Shown here: positions 20,738 through 28,823 of the stretch, piece by piece
Numbering within the stretch: position 1 is the stretch's first letter
How the letters are laid out: the number at the start of each line of letters is the position of its first letter
Source: Planctomycetaceae bacterium
GTDB taxonomy: Bacteria > Planctomycetota > Planctomycetia > Pirellulales > UBA1268
Direction: 5' to 3'
NCBI GenBank assembly: GCA_027486095.1
Contig: JAIXPT010000440.1
Coordinates: 1 to 43,527, forward strand
DNA length: 43,527 bases
The notes under the pieces: model-generated
The model's database searches: none
What the model saw: the letters and a program-made list of their open reading frames with translations, nothing else
What the model was told of the DNA's origin: nothing
Made by a program: the position numbers and the translations under genes

Positions 20738-21295
20738 CTACTTCGCGGGCGACTTTTCCGCCAGCCCGACATCGATGGACTGCCCGCCGGCGGTCTGCTT
20801 GCAGTGCACGGCAAGCAGGTTGCTCCCCTTTTTGAGGGCGGCCTTGGCTTCGGGAAGCAGGGGAACTTCGACGTATTCGGTGACGAATCCCTTGACCTTC
20901 GCAGCCAAGACGCCATTCACATACACTTCCGCGTCTTCGTCGTGATGCATGAGCAGGAAAAGAGCACCTTCGGGGACGTGATCGAGCGTCACGCTGCGAC
21001 GGAGCCAGATGTCGTCCGTCAGCCATTCGGTACGGATCGTGGCACCCGGGCAGTACTTTTCGCCAAAGCCACTCTCACCGGTCTTCCAACCACTGTCGTC
21101 GTAGTCGGGTTTGGTCCATTCCCCCGCCGGCGGCGCGAGCGTGTAGCGCCACGTGGCCGCGGCGGTTTCCGCAGTCGGGATGATCTCCTGGGCGACTTGC
21201 GCGGTGGCGTCGGACGCCCATGCCAAGGCGCCGCAGGCCAGGATGGCGGTAAGCCCACGACGGGCGGAGAGGCGCGCGAAAGAAACGCGGTTCAT
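20738..21295 (-). CDS. Small secreted galactose-binding-like (jelly-roll) domain protein
   Basis: Signal peptide; WRYT..P...W..PDYDDSGWKTG..GFG, RTEW...DIWLRR, HDEDAEVYVNG, LKKGSNLLAVHCKQTAGGQSIDVGL. I recall this module usually fused to glycosidases. Confidence 0.7.
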   Translation of the reverse strand: MNRVSFARLSARRGLTAILACGALAWASDATAQVAQEIIPTAETAAATWRYTLAPPAGEWTKPDYDDSGWKTGESGFGEKYCPGATIRTEWLTDDIWLRRSVTLDHVPEGALFLLMHHDEDAEVYVNGVLAAKVKGFVTEYVEVPLLPEAKAALKKGSNLLAVHCKQTAGGQSIDVGLAEKSPAK

Positions 21296-21333
21296 GAGAT
21301 GGTCCTTTCGATCGGTGTACGAGCGGTGTGGCA

Positions 21334-21366
21334 ACGTATACACCCCACATTCATGATTGTTAAGAA
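21334..21366 (-). promoter_or_regulatory. Candidate promoter of the gal/GH2 operon with a GntR-type box and a possible ROK box
   Basis: Minus strand TTAACA-17bp-TATACG; ACGTATACAC (21334-21343) overlaps the -10; imperfect palindrome TTCATGATTGTTAAGAA (21350-21366) overlaps the -35. Confidence 0.45.
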
Positions 21367-21437
21367 CATTTACGAACTGGTCAAGGGCCTGGGTTTCGGA
21401 TTCGAAAGCCGGACGCCCTCCGGCGGTGTGGCATCGG

Positions 21438-22670
21438 TCACTGCCGGGGAGCGGCCTTTCGAGGCCTGCGGCCGGGTCGGGAGCTGGCGACCGACCGCAG
21501 GGGCATGCTCGGGGCGGAGTGCGCCTCCGTGATACGACGCATGATCGCGGCGATCGCCCCCTGCCGCTTGCTCGATCGAGTCGGGATGATCGTGCATTCG
21601 GCGAGCAGGGGCGTCAGCGTTCTCTGGCGCACCCGCTCGAGCACCTGATCGAAGCGCTCCTTGTGTTGAATGAGCAGCCTGCCATGCACGAAGATCGTGG
21701 TGGGATTAAAGGTGTTGATGACCGTGGCGATCGCGATGGCGAGGTATTCGGCCACGACATCGATCTCGTGCTGGAAGTCGCCGGGGCGTTCGTCGAGCGA
21801 GGCGGCGACTTCCGCGATCGAGACCGGTTTGGCGAGGCGGTCACGCACCATGCGCACGAGCGCCGCGTCGGTGGCGAGCGTCTCCAGGCAGCCGCGATTG
21901 CCGCAGCCGCAGCGAATGCCGGTCGGATCAGCCGTGTTGTGCCCGATCTCGCCGGCCATGCCGCTATGGCCGGAGAGAATCTGGCCACCCACCACGACGC
22001 CCAGTCCCAAGCCCTGCGTGACGTCGAGCATGGCGAAGTCGTCGAGCGTGCGCGCGTCGCCATACGTGCGCTCTCCCAGGCAGAGGGCCCGCACCTCGTG
22101 AACGAGAACACAGCCGATGCCCAGGCGTTGCTCCAGGTCGTGGGCAGGATTCTGGTGGTCGAGAAGATGGAGGTTTGGGCAGAACACCACCTGTTGCAGC
22201 CGTTCATTGACGAGGCCCGGAACGCTGACGCCCACGCCGCGACATGCCGCGGAGGACCGGGAAATCAGAAACCGTCCGTGTTCCTCGAGGCGGTCGAGCA
22301 GGTCGGCGTAGGTGTTTGGGGTCGGAAAGCGACGCGTCTGCTGTTCACTGACCCGGCCATCGAGGCCGGCCGCGGTCACGCAGGAGGTATCGGCGTCGAT
22401 GACGACGCCGAGCACCATGGCGGATTGCGTGGCCATCCGCACCAGCTTGCCCGGCCGCCCCAGGGCTCGCTTGCCCGAGTCGTATTCCTCGACCAGACCC
22501 CGCGCCAGGAGCGATTCGATGACCTTCGAAACCGTGGGTGGCGTCAGGCCCGACACCCGGGCGAGCGCTGCCCGCGACGAGGGCGCCCCGCGCTGCAGCA
22601 CTTCGAGCAACCGCCGTTCGTTCATGCGGCGCAACAGTGCCGGCTCGACTCGCTCCGATTTGTGCCGCAT
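21438..22670 (-). CDS. ROK family transcriptional repressor (XylR/NagC-like)
   Basis: N-terminal HTH (SRAALARVSGLTPPTVS), GRP, GVSVPG, AGEIGH, CGCGNRGCLE; start re-set to MRHKSE at 22670. Confidence 0.94.
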   Translation of the reverse strand: MRHKSERVEPALLRRMNERRLLEVLQRGAPSSRAALARVSGLTPPTVSKVIESLLARGLVEEYDSGKRALGRPGKLVRMATQSAMVLGVVIDADTSCVTAAGLDGRVSEQQTRRFPTPNTYADLLDRLEEHGRFLISRSSAACRGVGVSVPGLVNERLQQVVFCPNLHLLDHQNPAHDLEQRLGIGCVLVHEVRALCLGERTYGDARTLDDFAMLDVTQGLGLGVVVGGQILSGHSGMAGEIGHNTADPTGIRCGCGNRGCLETLATDAALVRMVRDRLAKPVSIAEVAASLDERPGDFQHEIDVVAEYLAIAIATVINTFNPTTIFVHGRLLIQHKERFDQVLERVRQRTLTPLLAECTIIPTRSSKRQGAIAAIMRRITEAHSAPSMPLRSVASSRPGRRPRKAAPRQ

Positions 22671-22811
22671 GTCCGATGCTCCTGCGAGTGGCGATGAATG
22701 CGACCGCGTGCGGTTGCAAAGAGCACCAGGCGGACTGTCAGGATTGTAGCCCGCGCGAAACGTGGCCGTCATGCCGGGGCAGGATGGCCCGGAGCCGCAC
22801 GGATCGCCTGG

Positions 22812-24155
22812 TCAGCGGTCTACGAAAAACGGCCAGTTGTCGATGCACCCGGAGCCGTGTCCGTCGCGCACCGTCACGAACAGCCTGTAGGGCCCGGGCT
22901 CGGTGGGCGTGCAAATCCTGGCCATTCCCTTGTCGTCTGACTCGAGTACGCACTCGTCGATCAATTCCGGCTCGGCTTCGGCATCTCCCCCCTCCTTGCG
23001 ATCGACGTTCTCCCGGCGCACCTCCCAGGCGTAACTGAGCTCATCTCCCTCGGGATCACGGTAGGAAGCGGTTACGGTGAATGCGGTGTCGCCCGTCACG
23101 CGGCGTCCTGCCAACGGCACGTCGGTGGTGCCGAGCACCGGCGCGCGATTCGCGGGCCACCGCCCGGTCCAGGCCTGCGTCACGGCATCGACCGTAATCG
23201 TCTTTTCGCCGGTCGGCAGCAGCATCCCGAACCAGCTCGCCGTCGCCTCCTGCTTGCTACCCCAGAGAAAGGCATACGCGCCGAGGCATTGCCGCGTGTC
23301 CGACAAAATGTCCGTGGTGGTCACGTTGTAGGTGGCTGCTTTGCGGCGGCTGGTCGGCTCCAGGGGCGCGTTCCACGTGGTCTCTTCCGCCTCCCACGGG
23401 CCCGGGAGCCCGTATTCGGTGATGCAGTAGGGCTTCGTCCAGCCCATCCTGCGCAGGGCGTCTCCGATGCCCGCCGCTCCGGAGTAGGCATTGACGCCGA
23501 GGATGTCGATCGCCGGGGCGTGGTCACGAATCGCCCGCACCTTGGCGGGATTCACGTTGGCCACGACCGTCATCACCGGATGATGTGGATCGAGCGACTT
23601 CACGGTCTTCGCAAGTCGGCCCACCTCGGCCCACACGGCGGCGGAATCGCCGCGGCCCGTCGGGCCCTCCATCTCGTTGCCGAGCCCCCAGCAGAGGAGG
23701 CCTGGGAAATCCCGGAGGCGGCGCACGTCCTCCGCGACGGTGGCCCGCTGCCGTGCGAGCATTGCATCGTCGTCATAGCGGAAGCCATGCCGCTCATGCC
23801 CGAGCCAGAGCCCGACGGTGACGGCCAGGCCGCGGTCGTGGGCCCGCTCGATGAGCGACCGCCCGTCCACCTCCGCGAGCGCCGAGGCGGCATCCCAGGT
23901 GCGGAGCGCGTTGCCGCCGCAGGCGGCGAGCATGTCGAGCGCCGCGGTGCCGCCGACGCCGTGGACCACGAAGGGTCGGCCATCACGTATGAGCCGCCAG
24001 CCGCCGTCGGCGCCTTGCTCGACGCGCACGACGGATCCCGGCTCGGCTGCCGGCGAACACGCGCACACACCCGTGGCGAGCGCGGCCGCGATCACGACGG
24101 CGCGTGGCCACATGCATGCCGGCCGCGCGATACCCCGGCTAGTCGAGTTTTGCAT
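22812..24155 (-). CDS. Clan GH-A TIM-barrel glycoside hydrolase (GH2-TIM/GH158-like) with C-terminal Ig-like domain, possible lipoprotein
   Basis: GGNALRTW, GLWLGHERHGF, WGLGNE (acid/base), GVNAY, KPYCITEYG (nucleophile), AFLWGSKQE; VCAC lipobox-like sequence. Confidence 0.8.
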   Translation of the reverse strand: MQNSTSRGIARPACMWPRAVVIAAALATGVCACSPAAEPGSVVRVEQGADGGWRLIRDGRPFVVHGVGGTAALDMLAACGGNALRTWDAASALAEVDGRSLIERAHDRGLAVTVGLWLGHERHGFRYDDDAMLARQRATVAEDVRRLRDFPGLLCWGLGNEMEGPTGRGDSAAVWAEVGRLAKTVKSLDPHHPVMTVVANVNPAKVRAIRDHAPAIDILGVNAYSGAAGIGDALRRMGWTKPYCITEYGLPGPWEAEETTWNAPLEPTSRRKAATYNVTTTDILSDTRQCLGAYAFLWGSKQEATASWFGMLLPTGEKTITVDAVTQAWTGRWPANRAPVLGTTDVPLAGRRVTGDTAFTVTASYRDPEGDELSYAWEVRRENVDRKEGGDAEAEPELIDECVLESDDKGMARICTPTEPGPYRLFVTVRDGHGSGCIDNWPFFVDR

Positions 24156-24633
24156 CGAATTCGAGCTGCTTGATGCGGCCGGCGGCTGCTTCGGCCGGTC
24201 GCCAAAACCACCCTTTGGGATCCCAGCATTGGCTGAATTTCAGTTCGTCGGCAAGTGTGCGGTAGGCCTCGATCGCTGCTGCGGTCTGCCCCGCCTTTTC
24301 GTGAACCTGCCCTTCGATAAAGAGGCAGGTGCCCACGTCGTTGAGGGCCCAGGCGTCGTGGGCCTTGTCGGTGGGAGCAAAGTCGGTGAGCGATTTCTGC
24401 TGCTTCACCGCTTCGGCCAGGTAGAGCTCGCGGCATTTACCGGTGTAGGCGAGCACGTGCTCGGCCGGCCCATCCGCGAGCGCCTTCCACGCCTTGCCGG
24501 TGAGCGTCGCAGACGTATGGTCGCCGAAGTCCTGTGCGCATGTGGTCAGGGCCACGAGCAGGCAGCTTGCGAGAGCAACCACGCAGGCAGAGCGGCTGCA
24601 CACGCCGCGGCAATCCGAGAACGAGCCAATCAT
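24139..24633 (-). CDS. Small secreted helical (TPR-like) protein
   Basis: Hydrophobic N-terminus; SATLTGKAW, WALNDVGTCLFI, QCWDPKGWFW; overlaps the GH gene start. Start uncertain; the longer ORF reads through a REP-like repeat. Confidence 0.65.
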   Translation of the reverse strand: MIGSFSDCRGVCSRSACVVALASCLLVALTTCAQDFGDHTSATLTGKAWKALADGPAEHVLAYTGKCRELYLAEAVKQQKSLTDFAPTDKAHDAWALNDVGTCLFIEGQVHEKAGQTAAAIEAYRTLADELKFSQCWDPKGWFWRPAEAAAGRIKQLEFDAKLD

Positions 24634-24691
24634 CGATAAGGGCCCTCCGGGTCGGTGCTGAGATGTATCTTCGCCTATTAAGCCTTGACGA

Positions 24692-24730
24692 TTGCCGTCA
24701 TTCGGGTCCCGTCGCTTCCGCTCCGGGCTT
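24692..24730. repeat. REP-like palindromic repeat, copy 1
   Basis: GGTCCCGTCGCTTCCGCTCCGGGCTT (24705-24730) is identical to 26101-26126; the reverse strand folds as CCCG-GA-GC-GGAA-GC-GA-CGGG. Confidence 0.8.
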
Positions 24731-24764
24731 TTTGTTGTGAACGTAGGACCGGAATTTTCAAACA

Positions 24765-26018
24765 TCAATCAGGAAGCGTATCGAGAAGCTGGCGTGCCTG
24801 CTGGCAGTCTCCCGCGCGCAAGGCGGCCGCGGCCTGGTCGAGGAGCTCAGGGCGAGCAGTCCCCGACTTTCGCGCCCGGTAGAGCCGCTCAGGCAGACGC
24901 AGGTCGGCGGTGGTGTAGGGAACGTGCCGCCGCGCCTCCTGGACGACCTCCAGGAACACATGGCCGAATTCGCGGGTCGGCTCGATCATCGTGCCCTCGC
25001 CGTAGTCGTTCCACGTGACGAGCTGCACGATCGGCGACGACGAGGCGAGGGCCGCGCCGAGCGACTGCCGCAGCGTCTCGCCGCCCCGATGGGCGAGCAT
25101 CGGCCGCTTCTCTTCGTAGACGTCCTTGTAGCCCGGCCAGGCCGACACGATCACCTTGGACGGATGTTCCGCGGATGATGCAAACACGTCGGCGAGCCGC
25201 CGCCTCACCACAGGGTCGCCCGGCGCGTCCTGCCAGGGATCCCAGTGGATCCACGTGAATCCGCCGTCGGCCCCCGCCTTCCGCCAGAGGTGATGCAGCG
25301 CGAAGAATGCGGGGCGCTGCGGCAGCCCCGAGAACGCCGCGGCCCATGGTGCCTTGTCGGCGAAGTGGATCGGCCCGAAGTTCAAGAGCAGCGGCCTGCC
25401 ATCGAGCCGCACATAGTTTGATCCGCCAAACCAGTGTTCCGCCGCCCAGGCAAGATCGGCCCGCAGCCTGCCTTCGGCATCCGCTGGTTCGAGGAGTTTG
25501 CGATCCAGCAGCATGCCGACGGCCCGATCTTCGTAGCAGACGGCGAACTGCATTCCGTGCGCTGCAGCGGCGTCGAACAGGGCTCGGCTGGCTGCATGAA
25601 TGGCGGGGTAATCGAGGGCGTCTGCCGTGCCATACCAATCAACGATGACGCCGTCGATGCCCGCCAGCTTCATCTGCAGGAGGTGGCACTCGAGCAGCGT
25701 CGGGTCGGTGGAGTCGTAGGCCCCGATCAACGGATGGAAATGCGACCAGATGTCGGGCAGGCCATCGGGGCCGCTGCGTGACGGATCGTGACGATCGTCG
25801 AACCCCGTCCAGTGCTTGCCCCACTTCCCGCGAACGTCAGCCGACTCATACCAGGGCATGTAGTGAGCGAGCAGCAGCGCGGGGCGACCGGGTTCCTCGC
25901 CAACTGCATGGCGACCATGGCCGACGCACGCGGCCAGTCCGCACACCACCAGGCACAGACTCCAAACGCAGAGCGTGATGGTGTGGCACATCGCCGTGGC
26001 TGGTGCGGCCATGAACAT
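24765..26018 (-). CDS. GH99/GH71-like glycoside hydrolase (secreted)
   Basis: LAHYMPWY, SHFHPLIGAYDS.DP, MKLAGIDGVIVDWYG, CYED, QLVTWNDYGEGTMIEPT; GGAGAG RBS. Confidence 0.85.
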   Translation of the reverse strand: MFMAAPATAMCHTITLCVWSLCLVVCGLAACVGHGRHAVGEEPGRPALLLAHYMPWYESADVRGKWGKHWTGFDDRHDPSRSGPDGLPDIWSHFHPLIGAYDSTDPTLLECHLLQMKLAGIDGVIVDWYGTADALDYPAIHAASRALFDAAAAHGMQFAVCYEDRAVGMLLDRKLLEPADAEGRLRADLAWAAEHWFGGSNYVRLDGRPLLLNFGPIHFADKAPWAAAFSGLPQRPAFFALHHLWRKAGADGGFTWIHWDPWQDAPGDPVVRRRLADVFASSAEHPSKVIVSAWPGYKDVYEEKRPMLAHRGGETLRQSLGAALASSSPIVQLVTWNDYGEGTMIEPTREFGHVFLEVVQEARRHVPYTTADLRLPERLYRARKSGTARPELLDQAAAALRAGDCQQARQLLDTLPD

Positions 26019-26040
26019 GGCGGACTCTCCGTGCCCAAAA

Positions 26041-26072
26041 TTCTATACAAACAATGTTTGCTTTGTATACTG
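26041..26072. promoter_or_regulatory. Tandem GntR-type operator pair in the divergent GH99-like/matB region
   Basis: TTCTATACAA (26041-26050) and TTGTATACTG (26063-26072), 22 bp apart, forming an inverted repeat TATACAAA...TTTGTATA. Confidence 0.65.
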
Positions 26073-26087
26073 TCAGGTGTGGGGTGC

Positions 26088-26126
26088 TTGCCGTGACGCA
26101 GGTCCCGTCGCTTCCGCTCCGGGCTT
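26088..26126. repeat. REP-like palindromic repeat, copy 2
   Basis: 26-bp exact match to 24705-24730 with a shared TTGCCGTSA 13 bp upstream. Confidence 0.8.
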
Positions 26127-26229
26127 CGTGTGGCTGACGCATGATCGGACGTGGCGGTCATCAAGAATACGAAGGCGGCGTGGTGGAATCTTCTCGTTTT
26201 ATCGCGCGTTGCCGCCCGATGCACTGGCT

Positions 26230-27729
26230 ATGAAGATGCCGCCGATCGTCAGCCGCGCCTTCGCCCACGGCGATGCCATCGCGATCGATGACCAACTTGG
26301 CTGCTGGTCGTATCGCGACCTCGTCGCTGCCTCGGGAACTGTCGCCGCCGATCTGCTTGCCGGGCAGCGTGACCTCGCCGAAGCCCGCGTCGGCCTGGCG
26401 ATTCCCGCCGGTGGGCTGCATGTGGCGGGCCAGTGGGGCATCTGGCGGGCCGGCGGCGTGGTTGTGCCGCTCAGTCAGGCGGCCACCGCCGCGGAACTCG
26501 AGCAGTTTCTCGCCGACGTCCGCCCGCGATGTATTCTCGCCGACGCCGACCCCCGGCCCGAAGCTGTCGCGGCAGCCGGCCGGCTCGGCATCCCGATCGT
26601 GCGGGTGGCTCGAGAGGCGGTGCCGCGGGCTGCGGCCCTGCCGGACATCGAGCCGGGCAGGCGGGCGATGATCCTGTGCACGAGCGGCACCACGAGCCGG
26701 CCGAAGGGCGTGGTGATCACCCATGCCGGGCTCACGGCGCAGATCGAATCGCTCATCGAAGCCTGGCGGTGGAGCACCGACGACCGCATTCCGCTCTTTC
26801 TCCCGCTCTATCACATCCACGGCATCGTCAATGTCATGAGTTGCTGCCTGTGGGCCGGCGGCCGCCTGGAGGCGTTTCCGAAATTCGACGTTGAAACGAT
26901 CCTCCGCCGTGTCACCGACCGCCGTTACACGCTGTTCATGGCCGTGCCGACGATCTACGGCCGGATCATCGAGGCGCTGACCGCCTTGCCCGACGATGCC
27001 CGACGGGCCGCCACGGCCGGCTTCGGGTCGCTGCGGCTGGCGGTGTCGGGGTCTGCCGCGCTGCCGGCCACGGTGCACGCACGCTGGCACGAGCTCTGCG
27101 GGCAGCGGCTCCTCGAACGCTACGGGATGACCGAGATCGGCATGGCGCTGTCGCATCCCTACGAAGGCGAGCGGCGGGCGGGCACGGTCGGGCTGCCCCT
27201 GCCGGGCGTCGAGATCCGCCTCGTCGATGAGCAGGGCTATGTCCTGGCCGGCGAGAATGCCCCTGGCGAGATCCAGGTGCGCGGGCCCGGCGTGTTTCAC
27301 GAATACTGGGGCCAGCCCGACGCCACGCGCGAGTCGTTCGCCGACGGCTGGTTTCGCACCGGCGACCTCGCCGTGCTCGAGCGCGGGCAGTATCGGATCC
27401 TCGGGCGCCGCAGCGTCGATATCATCAAGAGCGGGGGCTACAAGCTCTCGGCGCTCGAAATCGAGGCTACGCTCCTCGACCATCCGGCAATTCGCGGATG
27501 CGCCGTCGTCGGCGTGCCAGACGACGAGTGGGGCGAAGCGGTGGCCGTAGCGGCCGTGCTCGAGCCCGGGCAGACGCTGGACGCGCCCGGGCTGCGCGGC
27601 TGGTGCCGCGATCGGCTCTCGCCCTACAAGATTCCGCGGCGCGTGGTGGTGGTGGAGAGCCTCCCGCAAAACGCGCTCGGCAAGACGAGCAAGCCCGCGA
27701 TCCGGGCGTTGTTCACTGATCGGGCCTGA
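26230..27729 (+). CDS. matB: Acyl-CoA synthetase, malonyl-CoA synthetase (MatB/ACSF3)-like
   Basis: TSGTTSRPKG, LPLYHIHG, FMAVPTIY, SGSAAL, LLERYGMTE (MatB/ACSF3-type), WFRTGD, IIKSGGYK; madLM present in the same window. Confidence 0.8.
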   Translation: MKMPPIVSRAFAHGDAIAIDDQLGCWSYRDLVAASGTVAADLLAGQRDLAEARVGLAIPAGGLHVAGQWGIWRAGGVVVPLSQAATAAELEQFLADVRPRCILADADPRPEAVAAAGRLGIPIVRVAREAVPRAAALPDIEPGRRAMILCTSGTTSRPKGVVITHAGLTAQIESLIEAWRWSTDDRIPLFLPLYHIHGIVNVMSCCLWAGGRLEAFPKFDVETILRRVTDRRYTLFMAVPTIYGRIIEALTALPDDARRAATAGFGSLRLAVSGSAALPATVHARWHELCGQRLLERYGMTEIGMALSHPYEGERRAGTVGLPLPGVEIRLVDEQGYVLAGENAPGEIQVRGPGVFHEYWGQPDATRESFADGWFRTGDLAVLERGQYRILGRRSVDIIKSGGYKLSALEIEATLLDHPAIRGCAVVGVPDDEWGEAVAVAAVLEPGQTLDAPGLRGWCRDRLSPYKIPRRVVVVESLPQNALGKTSKPAIRALFTDRA

Positions 27730-27741
27730 TCGCCGCAGCTA

Positions 27742-28818
27742 TTATTCGCCCGTCGGCTCCCCATTGGCCCGCGTGCAGAGAGATAGATACACGCCCTGGT
27801 CCATCGAATAGGGCAGGAATCGGACCGAGCCATCGACCATCGCCACGGCAAACACGTCGCCCGCGTGCTGCGAGCTGGCGCTGGCGATGAAGTTGTCCTG
27901 AATGATGTTGTATCCCGGTGAGGCGGAATTGGTGCCGGCGTCCGGATTGACGCTCCTGATCGTACCCAGCTCCGCCAGCGGATCGGAGGCGTTCTTCGGC
28001 GTCCAGGTGTTCGTGGCCTGATCGTATTCCACGTTCATGCCGGTGATCGTCCATGAGTAATTGCCCCACCAGAACGGCGGCCCATGTGCAGATTCGACGA
28101 TCATGACGGTCTTGCTCGTGCCGTCGAGGATCTTTTTGAAGCCCGTCTGGTTTTTGGCGCCGATGGGCCCGGCATATCGTCCCTGGTCGTCGTAGCCATT
28201 GGCGGTGCTCGCGGCGCCGATGTTCACCTTGTAGGTCACCCGGCCCCGATCCGGCTTCGTGTGGCTGGCCACGTCGAAGGGGCCGGAGTTGTTCGTGTAG
28301 ATCAGCGGATGTCGGCCATTCCAGGAGGGGCAGATGGCCCAGCGAATCGACTGGTTTACGAGCAGGTCGTTCGCGACGGCGGAGGTCCAGTTGGGCGCCG
28401 CCGCGCTGCCGTAGGAGTCGCGGGCCACGGTCAGGTTCGGGGGAAACTTGTCAAACACCGCAGTCTCTTCGGTGAATGGCAGAATCTGGGCCATCCAGCT
28501 CCATCCGGAACCGAAGTTCAGCAGCACGGCGTGATCCGTCGTGACCATGTTGACGATGCCGCCGCCATTGTTGCGGTAGTTCGCCCAGGGGAGCAGGTTG
28601 TCGCCTCCACGCACCTTCTTGTCGGCGTAGGAATGCATGCCGATCGCGCCCTGCTTGATGTTGTTGCTGCAGCTCGAGCGGCGGGCCGATTCGCGGGCCG
28701 CCTGCACGGCCGGCAGCAAGAGGCCGATGAGCACGCCGATGATGGCGATCACGACGAGCAATTCCACGAGCGTAAAGCCGTGAGCCCGATCCATGGGTTT
28801 GCGCAGGCACAACGTCAT
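27742..28818 (-). CDS. DUF1559 prepilin-type N-terminal cleavage/methylation protein
   Basis: [43 protein letters not shown]; DGTSKT; [17 protein letters not shown]. Confidence 0.95.
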   Translation of the reverse strand: MTLCLRKPMDRAHGFTLVELLVVIAIIGVLIGLLLPAVQAARESARRSSCSNNIKQGAIGMHSYADKKVRGGDNLLPWANYRNNGGGIVNMVTTDHAVLLNFGSGWSWMAQILPFTEETAVFDKFPPNLTVARDSYGSAAAPNWTSAVANDLLVNQSIRWAICPSWNGRHPLIYTNNSGPFDVASHTKPDRGRVTYKVNIGAASTANGYDDQGRYAGPIGAKNQTGFKKILDGTSKTVMIVESAHGPPFWWGNYSWTITGMNVEYDQATNTWTPKNASDPLAELGTIRSVNPDAGTNSASPGYNIIQDNFIASASSQHAGDVFAVAMVDGSVRFLPYSMDQGVYLSLCTRANGEPTGE

Positions 28819-28823
28819 GGGTT

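Noticed and set aside
24705-24736. Hairpin plus T-run as an intrinsic terminator
   Set aside because: The T-run is on the plus strand while both flanking genes are on the minus strand; better explained as the REP-like repeat.
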